Shown here in pieces: positions 38,235-47,437 of a DNA stretch of 64,000 nt. Location of the stretch: NCBI GenBank assembly GCA_018714245.1, contig DVNQ01000044.1, positions 1,897 through 65,896 on the forward strand. Direction: 5' to 3'. The notes below the pieces were generated by a model that saw only the letters and a program-made list of their open reading frames with translations, was not told where the DNA came from and did not search any database. Made by a program: the position numbers and the translations under genes. Positions within the stretch are counted from its first letter, which is position 1; each line of letters opens with the position of its first letter. This DNA comes from Candidatus Avilachnospira avicola. Lineage in GTDB: Bacteria > Bacillota > Clostridia > Lachnospirales > Lachnospiraceae.

Positions 38235-39229
38235 GATATCTGTCCGCTCCTGTAAAGCTTATCTAAAAATGCCTGGTTTGACGAGAGCCTGCGCACCGTC
38301 TTTTCCGAAAGCTTCCCATAATTTTTTCCAAGGAGATATCCCAGGTATTTCGCACCCGAATCAACTATAAGCCCCGGGATCTCAGGAACCTTCCCTGCCG
38401 ATGCCAGATGCTTCATGGATGCAAGCACCAGCCTTATGCCCTCTCCCTCAGATTTCAGGGATGAAAATATCTCCGCGTGCAGCTTCTGACTCATCCCCAG
38501 GTCAAAATTGCGGCGCAGCTGTTCAGCCGCTCCATAGCTGTGGCTGTGATAGACTCTTGCATCCGCAGCATAGGCTATGCCATAGCCGGAATTAATTACC
38601 GAGGCGGCATATACCATGTCTTCATTGAAGACTGCCGGCTCCGAAAAACCACCAAGCCTGTCGAATATATCTCTTCTGTATATACAGCAGACGTTTGAAG
38701 CAAAGTAGGTTTTTATACCAAGCCTTTCCCTGTCAGCCGCTGTCTTTATAAAACTGCTCTCAGGATAGTTGAAGCTCCTTGTAAAGCTTTCTGTCTCACT
38801 GCTTTCCGGCATTGGAAGCTGCCTTGCATAGGCCTCAGCTATTGTCTCCCCTCCGGGCCCCTTCTGCATAAGGGCCGCCTGGAGCCTTTCGATCAGACAT
38901 TCATCTGCAGGGACCGCATCGTCCGTCATGCATATGAAGGTCTCCGCATTGGAAAGCCTGATCCCAAGGTTCCTGGTCCCGGCATGATCAAAATCCTTCT
39001 TTTTTATATGTCTCAGGATCAGGCCTCCCGGCATTTTGTCGCCGGACTTTCGGATAAACCTTTCCAGTGCAGCCTCAGCCTCCTTCGGAAAAAGGCTTTC
39101 CTCCGTATTTATTATCACCAATCCATGGGGCATCCTCGTCTGCCTTGAGAGCATGTCAAGAAGCCGTATGAACCTCTCGCCAGGACGATAGACAGGTATG
39201 ATGATATCGGTTTTTATCTCAGCTGTCAT
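38231..39229 (-). CDS. Glycosyltransferase family 2 (rhamnosyltransferase-like)
   Basis: DIIIPVYRPGERF N-terminus and a TDDAVP (DxD-like) motif; 332 aa. Confidence 0.85.
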   Translation of the reverse strand: MTAEIKTDIIIPVYRPGERFIRLLDMLSRQTRMPHGLVIINTEESLFPKEAEAALERFIRKSGDKMPGGLILRHIKKKDFDHAGTRNLGIRLSNAETFICMTDDAVPADECLIERLQAALMQKGPGGETIAEAYARQLPMPESSETESFTRSFNYPESSFIKTAADRERLGIKTYFASNVCCIYRRDIFDRLGGFSEPAVFNEDMVYAASVINSGYGIAYAADARVYHSHSYGAAEQLRRNFDLGMSQKLHAEIFSSLKSEGEGIRLVLASMKHLASAGKVPEIPGLIVDSGAKYLGYLLGKNYGKLSEKTVRRLSSNQAFLDKLYRSGQIS

Positions 39230-40524
39230 CCCTTCGTCCCATCCTTCCTTTCAAATGCGCCGCCAAGTGCCCTGAATGCCGACGCCGTAAAGGCCGCAAG
39301 CATCACAAGCATCAGGATCACATAAGATACGGCTCCTCCTTCCATCCCATATGCTCCTACCATGTACCTGCTGATGAAAAAGGCCAGCAGGGCACCGAAA
39401 AGATATATAAAAAATACTGTCCTCTGTCTCCTTAGGATTATAAGTATATAATAGACCAGATTATTGAGAGCATATATGGCGCCTCCGCATATGATGAGGA
39501 AAAAGGTGAAGAAGCTGCCCGTAAGAAGCCCCTCATAGCCCTCTCCAAGTATGAGCTCCAGTACATGAAGCACCGGTTTCCCCAGCAGAAGGGTCCCAAG
39601 AAGACATAGCAGGCTGAGCCCCAGTATGAACAGAAGGAGCCTTCTTACTGTACCTGAAAATGCATCCCGGTCTCCTGATTCCAGGTCCTCGGCAAGCTCA
39701 GTCATAAATGGCTTTATTATAAAATTGGCCACGAGGTATATAAAATTCGTAGGCATGAACAGTATGTTGAACACACCGGACTGACTGTCTCCAAGGAACC
39801 AGTCTATGGCATATTTGGCTGAAGAAAATACATAAAAATCCAGAAAAGCTGAAAAGAACAGCGGAAGGCCGGAATGATAAAGCTTCCAGAGGCCCGAAAC
39901 ATTCCACTCAAGCTCCCTGCCTGAAAGCCTGATATGCCTTACTGAACCCCTGATATCAAAAATGATATATCCCAGAAGCTGCGCAGCAACGCCTGATGCA
40001 GCTGCCATGAGCAGGCTTCCCGTCAGAGCCGCAGCAAGCATGAAGACCGTCATGGAAAGAAGAGTCCTGAAAAACAGGGCCTGTCCGCCCACATAAAGCT
40101 TCCCGTCACGCTGACATTCCGATTCGTAAAGGTCTCCGGCCCCATCCATGATCTTATATGCCACAAGCAGAAAGATACAGACTGCCTTATAGAGGCTGTA
40201 CTCCCTCAGGGCAAAAAACAGGGACAGGTATACCAGGGAGAAGACCGCCGCCGCAGAAGAAGTCAGCCTGCGCAGCATCCTGTAGTCCCCGAATCTGAAT
40301 TCACGGCGTACATCCGTTATGTGGAAGGGCCTGAGCCCGAAATATGATATGATGAACATCTGCTGTCCGAAGGTGGAGAATCCGAAGCCGAATATGCCTC
40401 CCTCCTCAGGCCCCAGCATCCTCGCCGAAAAAAAGGCCATGACCATTGAGGAGAGCGCATATATCAGGCTCCCCAGCATGTTCCATATGAAATCCTTTTT
40501 CCGGCTGTCCTGCTGCATGGTCAT
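39226..40524 (-). CDS. Wzx-like MOP-superfamily flippase
   Basis: 432 aa, about 12 TM helices, located in the glycan locus. The family call rests on architecture and context. Confidence 0.72.
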   Translation of the reverse strand: MTMQQDSRKKDFIWNMLGSLIYALSSMVMAFFSARMLGPEEGGIFGFGFSTFGQQMFIISYFGLRPFHITDVRREFRFGDYRMLRRLTSSAAAVFSLVYLSLFFALREYSLYKAVCIFLLVAYKIMDGAGDLYESECQRDGKLYVGGQALFFRTLLSMTVFMLAAALTGSLLMAAASGVAAQLLGYIIFDIRGSVRHIRLSGRELEWNVSGLWKLYHSGLPLFFSAFLDFYVFSSAKYAIDWFLGDSQSGVFNILFMPTNFIYLVANFIIKPFMTELAEDLESGDRDAFSGTVRRLLLFILGLSLLCLLGTLLLGKPVLHVLELILGEGYEGLLTGSFFTFFLIICGGAIYALNNLVYYILIILRRQRTVFFIYLFGALLAFFISRYMVGAYGMEGGAVSYVILMLVMLAAFTASAFRALGGAFERKDGTKG

Positions 40525-41228
40525 CTGCCGCCTATCCGGAAATTCTGGATAAGAAGTATCGAAGTCAGCATTTTCAGCATATATCTGGCAGCATTTATCG
40601 GGTTGACATAAAGTGAGCTTCCGTCCTCCCTTTCAGTGACCTTTATGGGTACCTCCGAGATCCTGGCCCCGTTTTTCACCAAAAAGGATATGGTATCCGG
40701 CTCCGGCGCATAATTTAGCTTCCAGGCAAATATGTCTATCATCTTCCTGTTATACATGCGAAGCCCGCAGGTCGGGTCAGTGACCCTGGCCCCGGTAGTG
40801 AGCCTGATGGCCATGCGGATAAGCTTACTTCCGATATTTCTGAGGCCTCCCATGCTGTTTTTGAGCCCTATGAACCTGGATCCCAGCACGATGTCGTAAC
40901 CGCCCTCAGTCGCCCTTTCATACAGGTCCTTTATATATTCCGGACGATGCTGTCCGTCACCGTCAAACTGTACGGCATAGCTGTAGCCTTCAAGAGAGGC
41001 ATATTTCATGCCCGTACGGAAACAGCCGGTAAGCCCCAGGTTAACAGGCAGATGAACGGCATTATAGCCCTTTTCGTCACATATCCTGTCAGTACCGTCG
41101 GTGGAACCGTCGGTCACCACCACATAATCATAACAGCCATATTTTGATATAAGCTCATCCACTACCCGCTCTATGCTTCCCGCCTCGTTGTATGCTGGTA
41201 TGATGAGCAGCACATCAGAGTTCTTCAT
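40521..41228 (-). CDS. Glycosyltransferase family 2 (polyprenyl-phosphate sugar synthase, GtrB/DPM1-like)
   Basis: 235 aa, VLLIIPAYNEAGSI start, VVTDGSTDGT and QFDGDGQH motifs. Soluble, with no C-terminal TM. Confidence 0.88.
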   Translation of the reverse strand: MKNSDVLLIIPAYNEAGSIERVVDELISKYGCYDYVVVTDGSTDGTDRICDEKGYNAVHLPVNLGLTGCFRTGMKYASLEGYSYAVQFDGDGQHRPEYIKDLYERATEGGYDIVLGSRFIGLKNSMGGLRNIGSKLIRMAIRLTTGARVTDPTCGLRMYNRKMIDIFAWKLNYAPEPDTISFLVKNGARISEVPIKVTEREDGSSLYVNPINAARYMLKMLTSILLIQNFRIGGR

Positions 41229-42255
41229 ATATCCTTATATCCATGTCCTTATAGCCATGGATGCTCCTTTTCACCTTAAAGCAGTCAGCCGGAGGGATAA
41301 TGCCCTCTCCCCAGCAGAGATATGCCAGCGGAAGGTTGATGCCTGCCGCATGGGAAAAAGGATATCCCCCTCCGAATCTGGCATTCATGTCCAGTACATA
41401 GGGACATCCGTCTTCCTCATTTATGATCACGTCCACATCCATGTTTCCATAGTGGGAAAGTCCTTCTCCCAGCCTTCTGCCAAGCTCACAAAGGATGCGA
41501 TGCTCTTGGCCTCCGGTAAGCACCAGTGCCTCATCAGTCTCTCCCGACCTCATGGCAAGCTTTTTGCGCACCACGGTAGCAACGTGATTCCCCTTAAGGT
41601 CATTTATTATATCCAGTCCGTATTCCTGGCCCTTAAGCTCCCTCTGAATGATAACTGAGCCTGTCTCTCCGTCCCCTGTCTTTTCCTCTGCCTCATAGCG
41701 AAGATATGTCCTTTCCACGGAACGGCGGCAAAGCCCGAAAAGTGCCTTGAGTTCCTCCTCATTCTCTGCACGGAAAAGCCCAATGGAGCCCATGCCGAAT
41801 CTTGGTTTTATGTATGCGGCCTTTCCGCCTTCAAAACCTCCTGAGCTTAAAAAATCCTCCGAAGAAAGGAAGGTCCCGGGAGTCCTTACCCCCAGCTTTC
41901 CAAGCTCCTTTGCCATGAGTGCCTTATCCTCACAGATGGCAGTCAGGCTGCTCTCAGAGACCGCCGGCAGGATACCCTCGCTCATGAATCGGTCCCTGTT
42001 TTTTGAAAGCATCCATACATCCAGATCAAAAAGGGGGATGATCATACGTATGTCCCGTTTTCTGCAGGCATCTATCAGAAAATCCACATAGCCATCTTCA
42101 TATATCAGCGGCGTAAGTATATGGCCGTCAGCCTCACAAAGTGCCGGAGACATCCCTGAATTGGATGCAAAAACAAGAGACCCTTCTTTCTGAGCCTCTT
42201 TAAAATACCTCACAAGATATGTACGCCTTCCGGCGCTTGTAAGCAGTATATTCAT
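41215..42255 (-). CDS. ATP-grasp domain ligase
   Basis: MNILLTSAGRRTYLVRYFK start typical of CPSase-like ATP-grasp proteins in glycan loci. The track ORF (start 42414) is trimmed to the ATG at 42255, 4 nt after the upstream stop. Confidence 0.8.
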   Translation of the reverse strand: MNILLTSAGRRTYLVRYFKEAQKEGSLVFASNSGMSPALCEADGHILTPLIYEDGYVDFLIDACRKRDIRMIIPLFDLDVWMLSKNRDRFMSEGILPAVSESSLTAICEDKALMAKELGKLGVRTPGTFLSSEDFLSSGGFEGGKAAYIKPRFGMGSIGLFRAENEEELKALFGLCRRSVERTYLRYEAEEKTGDGETGSVIIQRELKGQEYGLDIINDLKGNHVATVVRKKLAMRSGETDEALVLTGGQEHRILCELGRRLGEGLSHYGNMDVDVIINEEDGCPYVLDMNARFGGGYPFSHAAGINLPLAYLCWGEGIIPPADCFKVKRSIHGYKDMDIRIYEEL

Positions 42256-42259
42256 GGCG

Positions 42260-43177
42260 CTATGATAGCATATCTTTACAAGCTGCGTCAAATACCCCGG
42301 GCAGTCCTCCAGTATGTATGAAAAGCTGGGGGCCGGAAAGCTTCTTTCTATCGATCTCCCTGAGCATGCCTGAAAATGCCTTTCCGGTATAGACCGGATC
42401 CAGCGGAAGCCCATGGCCTGAAAGCATATGTCTGCAGAGCTCTCTTACCTCCTGGTCCGATGCTCCGTATCCGCCGGACCTGTATCCGTCAAGGAAATGG
42501 ATCCTGAGGTCCGTTTCCCTGTGAAGCCTGGCATAAAGCGCTCTTTTTATCGCCTCGGTTCCTTTTTTTTCATCTCTGGCCACGGAGATCCCGACGATCT
42601 CTCTTTTGTGACCATGGCTTATGGCACCAGCCATGAGCCCGCTCTGGGTCATGCCGGTCCCTGAAGCAAGGAAGATATGATCGAAACTGATCCCCTCCGA
42701 AACTTCAAACTCAAGTATCTCATCATAAGCTTCGGTATAGGCCTCAGTAAGTACAGCCTCATTTCCCGTTCCGTCGGGGGTACCGTAGATATAATAGGGC
42801 TTTTTCCCAAGCTCCTCTGCCTTTCTCAGAGCTCCTTCCACTGTCTCCCTCACCCGGTCAGGCCCACAGTATATACTCTCTGCTCCGCTTTCCTTCACGA
42901 ACCACTCGTTGAAAGGCATGCCTTCCCTTCCGTCCTCCTTGAAGATGACAGTGCAGGAAAAGCCCTCTCTTTCTGCCAGGTGTGCCGCAGCCCGGTTAAG
43001 ATTTGAGGTGCGCGACCCATAGCTTATCAGATGGTCACAGCCCTTTTTCTTCATATCAAGGATAACTTTTTCAACTATCCTTACCTTATTGCCTCCGAAG
43101 GAAAAGCCCAGAAGGTCATCTCTTTTTATATATATGTCAGCATCCTTATACTTCATGAGGAAGGATATGTTTTTCAT
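42260..43177 (-). CDS. Fold-type II PLP enzyme, ACC deaminase / D-cysteine desulfhydrase family
   Basis: IYIKRDDLLGFSFGGNKVRIVE contains the family's PLP-lysine motif, and there is a glycine-rich loop LASGTGMTQSG; 305 aa. Confidence 0.82.
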   Translation of the reverse strand: MKNISFLMKYKDADIYIKRDDLLGFSFGGNKVRIVEKVILDMKKKGCDHLISYGSRTSNLNRAAAHLAEREGFSCTVIFKEDGREGMPFNEWFVKESGAESIYCGPDRVRETVEGALRKAEELGKKPYYIYGTPDGTGNEAVLTEAYTEAYDEILEFEVSEGISFDHIFLASGTGMTQSGLMAGAISHGHKREIVGISVARDEKKGTEAIKRALYARLHRETDLRIHFLDGYRSGGYGASDQEVRELCRHMLSGHGLPLDPVYTGKAFSGMLREIDRKKLSGPQLFIHTGGLPGVFDAACKDMLS

Positions 43178-44700
43178 CTCCTACTGTCCTTTCCTGTTTC
43201 TTCACGTCCGAGGAATATCCCCTTAAGGGCACAAAAACCCTCTAGCCCAAGCAGCAGGGAGCCAGCAGCATAGATCAGGACTCCAAAAACAACTTCGATA
43301 AAAAGGATAGTCGCCTGCCCCAGAGCTCCGGCACCTGCCAGTAAGTCAAGGCCTCCCAGGACACTTCCAAGCATATGGACCGCCAGGCCCATGCCTATTG
43401 AAAGGAGCAGCTCAGGAAGTACATCCCTCCACTGTCTGAAGGGGCCGTACCCTAGAAGCCTCCCATTTGGAGCAGCATTTATAAAGGTGCAGCAAAGGTC
43501 AAATACCGCCTTGAATATCAGCATCATCGCTATGCCTCTTCCTGCACTCATGATCAGCACGGCTACTCCCATGCCCTTCTTTACCACCTCAAGCTTAAGA
43601 TATATGTCGCTTCTGCCCCTGGCATTTATAGCCTGCAGGTTTGCCACATGCATCGGCCAGGCTGCATAGGAAAGGCAGCATAGGGACAGCATCGGTGCCG
43701 CAGGCTGCCAGGCTTCTCCCAGAAGCAGCTCTATAAGATCCCCGGACACTGCCATAAGTCCTGCCATCATCGGAAACATAAGGTAGCAGGATATCTTTAT
43801 GGTATTCCTTAAAAGCTTCCCAAGGCTTTCCCTGTCATCCTGTACCTTTGAAAATGCTGGCAGCATTACTGCCTGCATGGTCTGTCCCACGGAATTGGCT
43901 ATGATCTGGGGAAACTGATTGCCCCGGTTATAGTAGCCTACGGCTGCCGAACTGAAAAGCTTCTGTATGACCGGCGTATACAGATTATTGTATATGGTGT
44001 CAATGAGTCCGGAAACCAGCATCTTCCATCCGAAGGAAAAAAGGCTTCTGATCCTCGACATCGAAAATCTGAGTCCGGGCCTCCAGCCGATCAGAAAAAG
44101 AAGGGCCAGCATAAGGAGCATATACTTGATGACCTGCTGCCATACGAGGGCCCAGGTCCCGTATCCCAAAAGCGCCAGTATGATGCCCCCGATCCCGGAT
44201 ACCACATCAGCTGCCATGGTGGCAGCACACTGAAGGCGGAAGCACATCCTTCTTGCAACTATGGCCATCTCCACCGATATGACCGAGCCGAAGAAAAGGA
44301 TGAGTGCGAGGACTCTCAGCATCGGACCTATCTCCGGATCTCCGAAATAGTCCGCGGCATAAGGTGCCAGCACATAAAGTACCGCATATATCAGCAGGGA
44401 CAGCAGAAGCCCTATCCAGAACACGGAGCTCAGATCATCCTCATTTATCTTCCTTTTCTGTATGAGGGAGGTCTGGAATCCCGACTGGATGATAACGTTT
44501 GATATGGCTACAAATACCAGCATCAGAGAAAGGCTCCCGTACCTGTCCGGTCCCAGGAGCCTGGCCAGTACGACGGATACAATAAATGTTATCAGCTGAT
44601 CTCCTCCGTTTTCCGCCGCCTTCCATAAAAGGCCGCTTTTTATGCTGCGGCCTTCTGTGTCTTTATTATCATTTTGTCCGTAATCCCTGAGATCTTCCAT
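43174..44700 (-). CDS. Wzx-type oligosaccharide flippase (Polysacc_synt family)
   Basis: 508 aa, about 14 TM helices. The N-terminal region LITFIVSVVLARLLGPDRYG...SGFQTSLIQ is typical of the family. Confidence 0.85.
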   Translation of the reverse strand: MEDLRDYGQNDNKDTEGRSIKSGLLWKAAENGGDQLITFIVSVVLARLLGPDRYGSLSLMLVFVAISNVIIQSGFQTSLIQKRKINEDDLSSVFWIGLLLSLLIYAVLYVLAPYAADYFGDPEIGPMLRVLALILFFGSVISVEMAIVARRMCFRLQCAATMAADVVSGIGGIILALLGYGTWALVWQQVIKYMLLMLALLFLIGWRPGLRFSMSRIRSLFSFGWKMLVSGLIDTIYNNLYTPVIQKLFSSAAVGYYNRGNQFPQIIANSVGQTMQAVMLPAFSKVQDDRESLGKLLRNTIKISCYLMFPMMAGLMAVSGDLIELLLGEAWQPAAPMLSLCCLSYAAWPMHVANLQAINARGRSDIYLKLEVVKKGMGVAVLIMSAGRGIAMMLIFKAVFDLCCTFINAAPNGRLLGYGPFRQWRDVLPELLLSIGMGLAVHMLGSVLGGLDLLAGAGALGQATILFIEVVFGVLIYAAGSLLLGLEGFCALKGIFLGREETGKDSRR

Positions 44701-44701
44701 A

Positions 44702-46261
44702 TCAGGTGTTCTGAGCTGCTATGGCGGGATCCGTGGGATCATAGTTCTGGTCCATGGGGATAGCCCACTCTATGGCAGGCCTGTCCAGAGGTCCCATCAC
44801 CCATTCATCATCATAGATGGTAATGGTCGTGCCGGTAGGACAGTTATTGTAGAGCCATGCCGCATCTCCTGCGGTAAGCCTTACGCATCCGTCCGAACGC
44901 CTCTTTCCATGGTAGTTATAGGATCCGGCCTCGAAATGATATGAATCCGGCGAATCCATGTATATCAGGGAATGCATCAGGAATCCCTGATAGAATCTTG
45001 CACAGAACTGGCAGTAGATGTTGTCATGCATGAACTTCCATCTGTACTTTGCATAGGTGCTGTATGTTCCGATGGGAGTATCATCACCTACAGTGGTAAG
45101 GAATACCTTGTAGGGTATGATATATCCGTTCTCGCCGTCCTTTGTATATACGGTGAGCGTCTTCATGTCCTTGTTGAGCTTGAGCCTGAAGTCTCCCGGA
45201 TTGCCCATGATGGGCTCAAGGTCCCTGACCACAACACCGTTCTGATCAAAGAAATATTTATATCCGTCGATATACTGCCAGCCGTTTACCCTGCCGCTGT
45301 TCACAAAATAATACTTGTTTCCAAGTGTATCATAAGCCCATCCGGTATAGGGCTGTCCTGATGCGGTAGAATATACTGCAAGCCCTGATGCATCATAGGT
45401 AATGCCCTCATAGGCATTGGCTATCATATGCTGAGAAGTAGGCTCATAGAACCTGAGTCCCTTCTGCCAGAGCTTCATCTGTATCGACTGGATGTACCTT
45501 CCTGTACCTATGGTGCCTGAGGTCTGTCCGTCATGAGCCCAGTCAAGCACTGTCCCGTCGTTGAGCGTGACTCTGTAATATATGTCATACAGGTTCCTGG
45601 TATAGCCCTGAGCCCTGATCTGTACGGCTGTGACCTTTGCGTTATCCCCATAAAGCGGGGTGATCATATCGTTCATGGCCCACTTGGTCCATCCGTGTTC
45701 CTCGGTATATACCCTGTAGAAGATATCTCCGATGCCCACGTTAATCCTAAGCTTTAAACCGCTGAAGCCATCAGTGGGCGAATTGAAAAAGTCCATGTTT
45801 GAGGTAAAGCCGTCTGACAGCATCCCATTGGTCTGCATGAGCTGGCCATGGGTCTCGAACATCTGTTCAAGCACCGGGTCCGGCTTTACGCTGCCCACAT
45901 CCGACGTCAGACTGAGATCTGAATTGTCAGGGCCGAGGCTGCCGGAAAGCTGATTATCCGTAAAGGTATTGCTGGGTTCGCCGGGTGTATATCCCGGGCC
46001 TGAGGTAAGATCCGACTGGCCCTGATCGGCAGGCACCGTAACCGCGGTTCCGGGTGCCGGCTGAGTCTCTGAAGGCACTGTTACGGGCTGGGATCCGGTC
46101 TCTATGGTTCCCGGCGCGGTCTCAGTCACCGCAGGTCCCATGCTGACTCCCGGTCCTCCGTTTATACCCTCTACTATCTGAGCCATCGAGGTCATTGAAA
46201 ACAGGCTGCTCATTATGATCGCCGCAGCCATGATCTTTAATTTTCCCGATCTGAAAAGCAT
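44702..46261 (-). CDS. Secreted L,D-transpeptidase (YkuD) with ChW-like and cell-wall-binding repeats
   Basis: Signal peptide and a P/T/S-rich linker. Two ChW-like repeats (HGWTKW..., LDWAHDGQTSG...). Two CW-binding repeats (GWAYDTLGNKYYFVNSGRVNGWQYIDGYKYFFDQNG). The YkuD catalytic segment is HGKRRSDGCVRL. Confidence 0.85.
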   Translation of the reverse strand: MLFRSGKLKIMAAAIIMSSLFSMTSMAQIVEGINGGPGVSMGPAVTETAPGTIETGSQPVTVPSETQPAPGTAVTVPADQGQSDLTSGPGYTPGEPSNTFTDNQLSGSLGPDNSDLSLTSDVGSVKPDPVLEQMFETHGQLMQTNGMLSDGFTSNMDFFNSPTDGFSGLKLRINVGIGDIFYRVYTEEHGWTKWAMNDMITPLYGDNAKVTAVQIRAQGYTRNLYDIYYRVTLNDGTVLDWAHDGQTSGTIGTGRYIQSIQMKLWQKGLRFYEPTSQHMIANAYEGITYDASGLAVYSTASGQPYTGWAYDTLGNKYYFVNSGRVNGWQYIDGYKYFFDQNGVVVRDLEPIMGNPGDFRLKLNKDMKTLTVYTKDGENGYIIPYKVFLTTVGDDTPIGTYSTYAKYRWKFMHDNIYCQFCARFYQGFLMHSLIYMDSPDSYHFEAGSYNYHGKRRSDGCVRLTAGDAAWLYNNCPTGTTITIYDDEWVMGPLDRPAIEWAIPMDQNYDPTDPAIAAQNT

Positions 46262-46384
46262 AATAATATCTCCTGCTGTTCTGAATTGCCTTTTATAAGT
46301 TATACCATTTTCCCGAAAAGGTCAATTAAGAAAGGCGAAAGTCTTCTTACAAGTTCTTTCGTCTCCGTAATAAATCCGTATGTC

Positions 46385-47404
46385 TTATCTGTGTACCAGA
46401 TACCAGGCCTTCTTCAATATACCGTAAATCCCGGGGTGATCAAGCTCCAGTTTTATGAGGGATCTCTGTATGGCAGGAAGCTCCTTTACAAACTTCTGAT
46501 TGCCCTCTTCCTTTACTATGCCAAGATTTCCCTTGTTAAGCTCCGCCTTGAAGCCTTCTCTATCGATAGCTTCCTTTACGCATTTAGAATATCTGCCTCC
46601 GGATTCCATATCAAAGGCTTCATAGAGCTTCTTCATGGACTCAAAATGCTCCTGCCAGCGCTCATTTACGAGCTGCCTGTCTCCCTCATCCATCATGCTG
46701 CTCCAGGAGCCTCCGTTTCCGACCCTGTATGCAGACATCGGCTTATTGAAATAATATATGCTGCCTCTGAGTGCCATATAAAGATGGAGGGGTATGTCTC
46801 CCACCGGACAGTCATAATACCAGTCCGGAAGTTCCCTCGCATATTCAGTTCGGAAAAGCAGAGAAGAAGTGGGTATGTTTACCGGGCGCGATATGATATC
46901 CTCGGTCCTGACCGTTCCGTCGTTGCGGTAAGGCCTCAGCTGGGCAAGCTCCCTGAAGGAATCATCCATGCTCACGATCCTGGCTGCATGACAGCACATG
47001 GAGCAATCCGGATGCGCTTCCATATAAGCCACCTGGATCCTGAGCTTTTTTATGTCCAGCCAGAAATCATCCCCCTCGCACATGGCGATATATCTTCCTC
47101 TGGCCCTGGGGAAATTATATACCCCGCTCAGGTTCCTTATGCCCCTGCTGTACTGGTTCTCCTCCTCATAGAATGGTCTTATGATATCTCCGTATCTTTT
47201 TGTATATCTGTCTATGATCTCCCTGGTGCCGTCGGTGGAAGCATCGTCATGTATCAGTATCTCAAATCCGAAACTGCAGTCCTGACGAAGGAAGCTGTCA
47301 AGAGCCTGTCCTATATACCTTTCATGATTATAGGTAAGGCAGCATATGGAGACCATGATATCTTTTTTATTTGATATTTTTGTCGTTTTTTTAGGTCTTG
47401 TCAT
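46385..47404 (-). CDS. Glycosyltransferase family 2
   Basis: VSICCLTYNHERYIGQALDS...ILIHDDASTDGT motifs. The start is ambiguous: ATG at 47404 or 47356. Confidence 0.85.
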   Translation of the reverse strand: MTRPKKTTKISNKKDIMVSICCLTYNHERYIGQALDSFLRQDCSFGFEILIHDDASTDGTREIIDRYTKRYGDIIRPFYEEENQYSRGIRNLSGVYNFPRARGRYIAMCEGDDFWLDIKKLRIQVAYMEAHPDCSMCCHAARIVSMDDSFRELAQLRPYRNDGTVRTEDIISRPVNIPTSSLLFRTEYARELPDWYYDCPVGDIPLHLYMALRGSIYYFNKPMSAYRVGNGGSWSSMMDEGDRQLVNERWQEHFESMKKLYEAFDMESGGRYSKCVKEAIDREGFKAELNKGNLGIVKEEGNQKFVKELPAIQRSLIKLELDHPGIYGILKKAWYLVHR

Positions 47405-47437
47405 TAATATTATGTCGTTCTATATATAATTTATGTT

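Noticed and set aside
42561-42580. Homopolymer T8 (A8 on the coding strand) inside the PLP enzyme gene as a slippage/frameshift site
   Set aside because: The ORF is intact across it and encodes a plausible EKKGTE segment. A single 8-mer in a ~50% GC genome is not evidence of programmed frameshifting.
46286-47374. 362-aa plus-strand ORF, one of several very long antisense ORFs (also 4714-5814, 34991-35992, 52702-53499, 29612-30415, 37657-38370)
   Set aside because: Each lies exactly antisense to a minus-strand ORF with clear family motifs (GT2, FtsQ, CNNM, GntP, DD-carboxypeptidase, DUF2304/GT2). Their translations are low-complexity, lack RBS-supported starts and show no motifs. They are best explained as stop-poor antisense frames.
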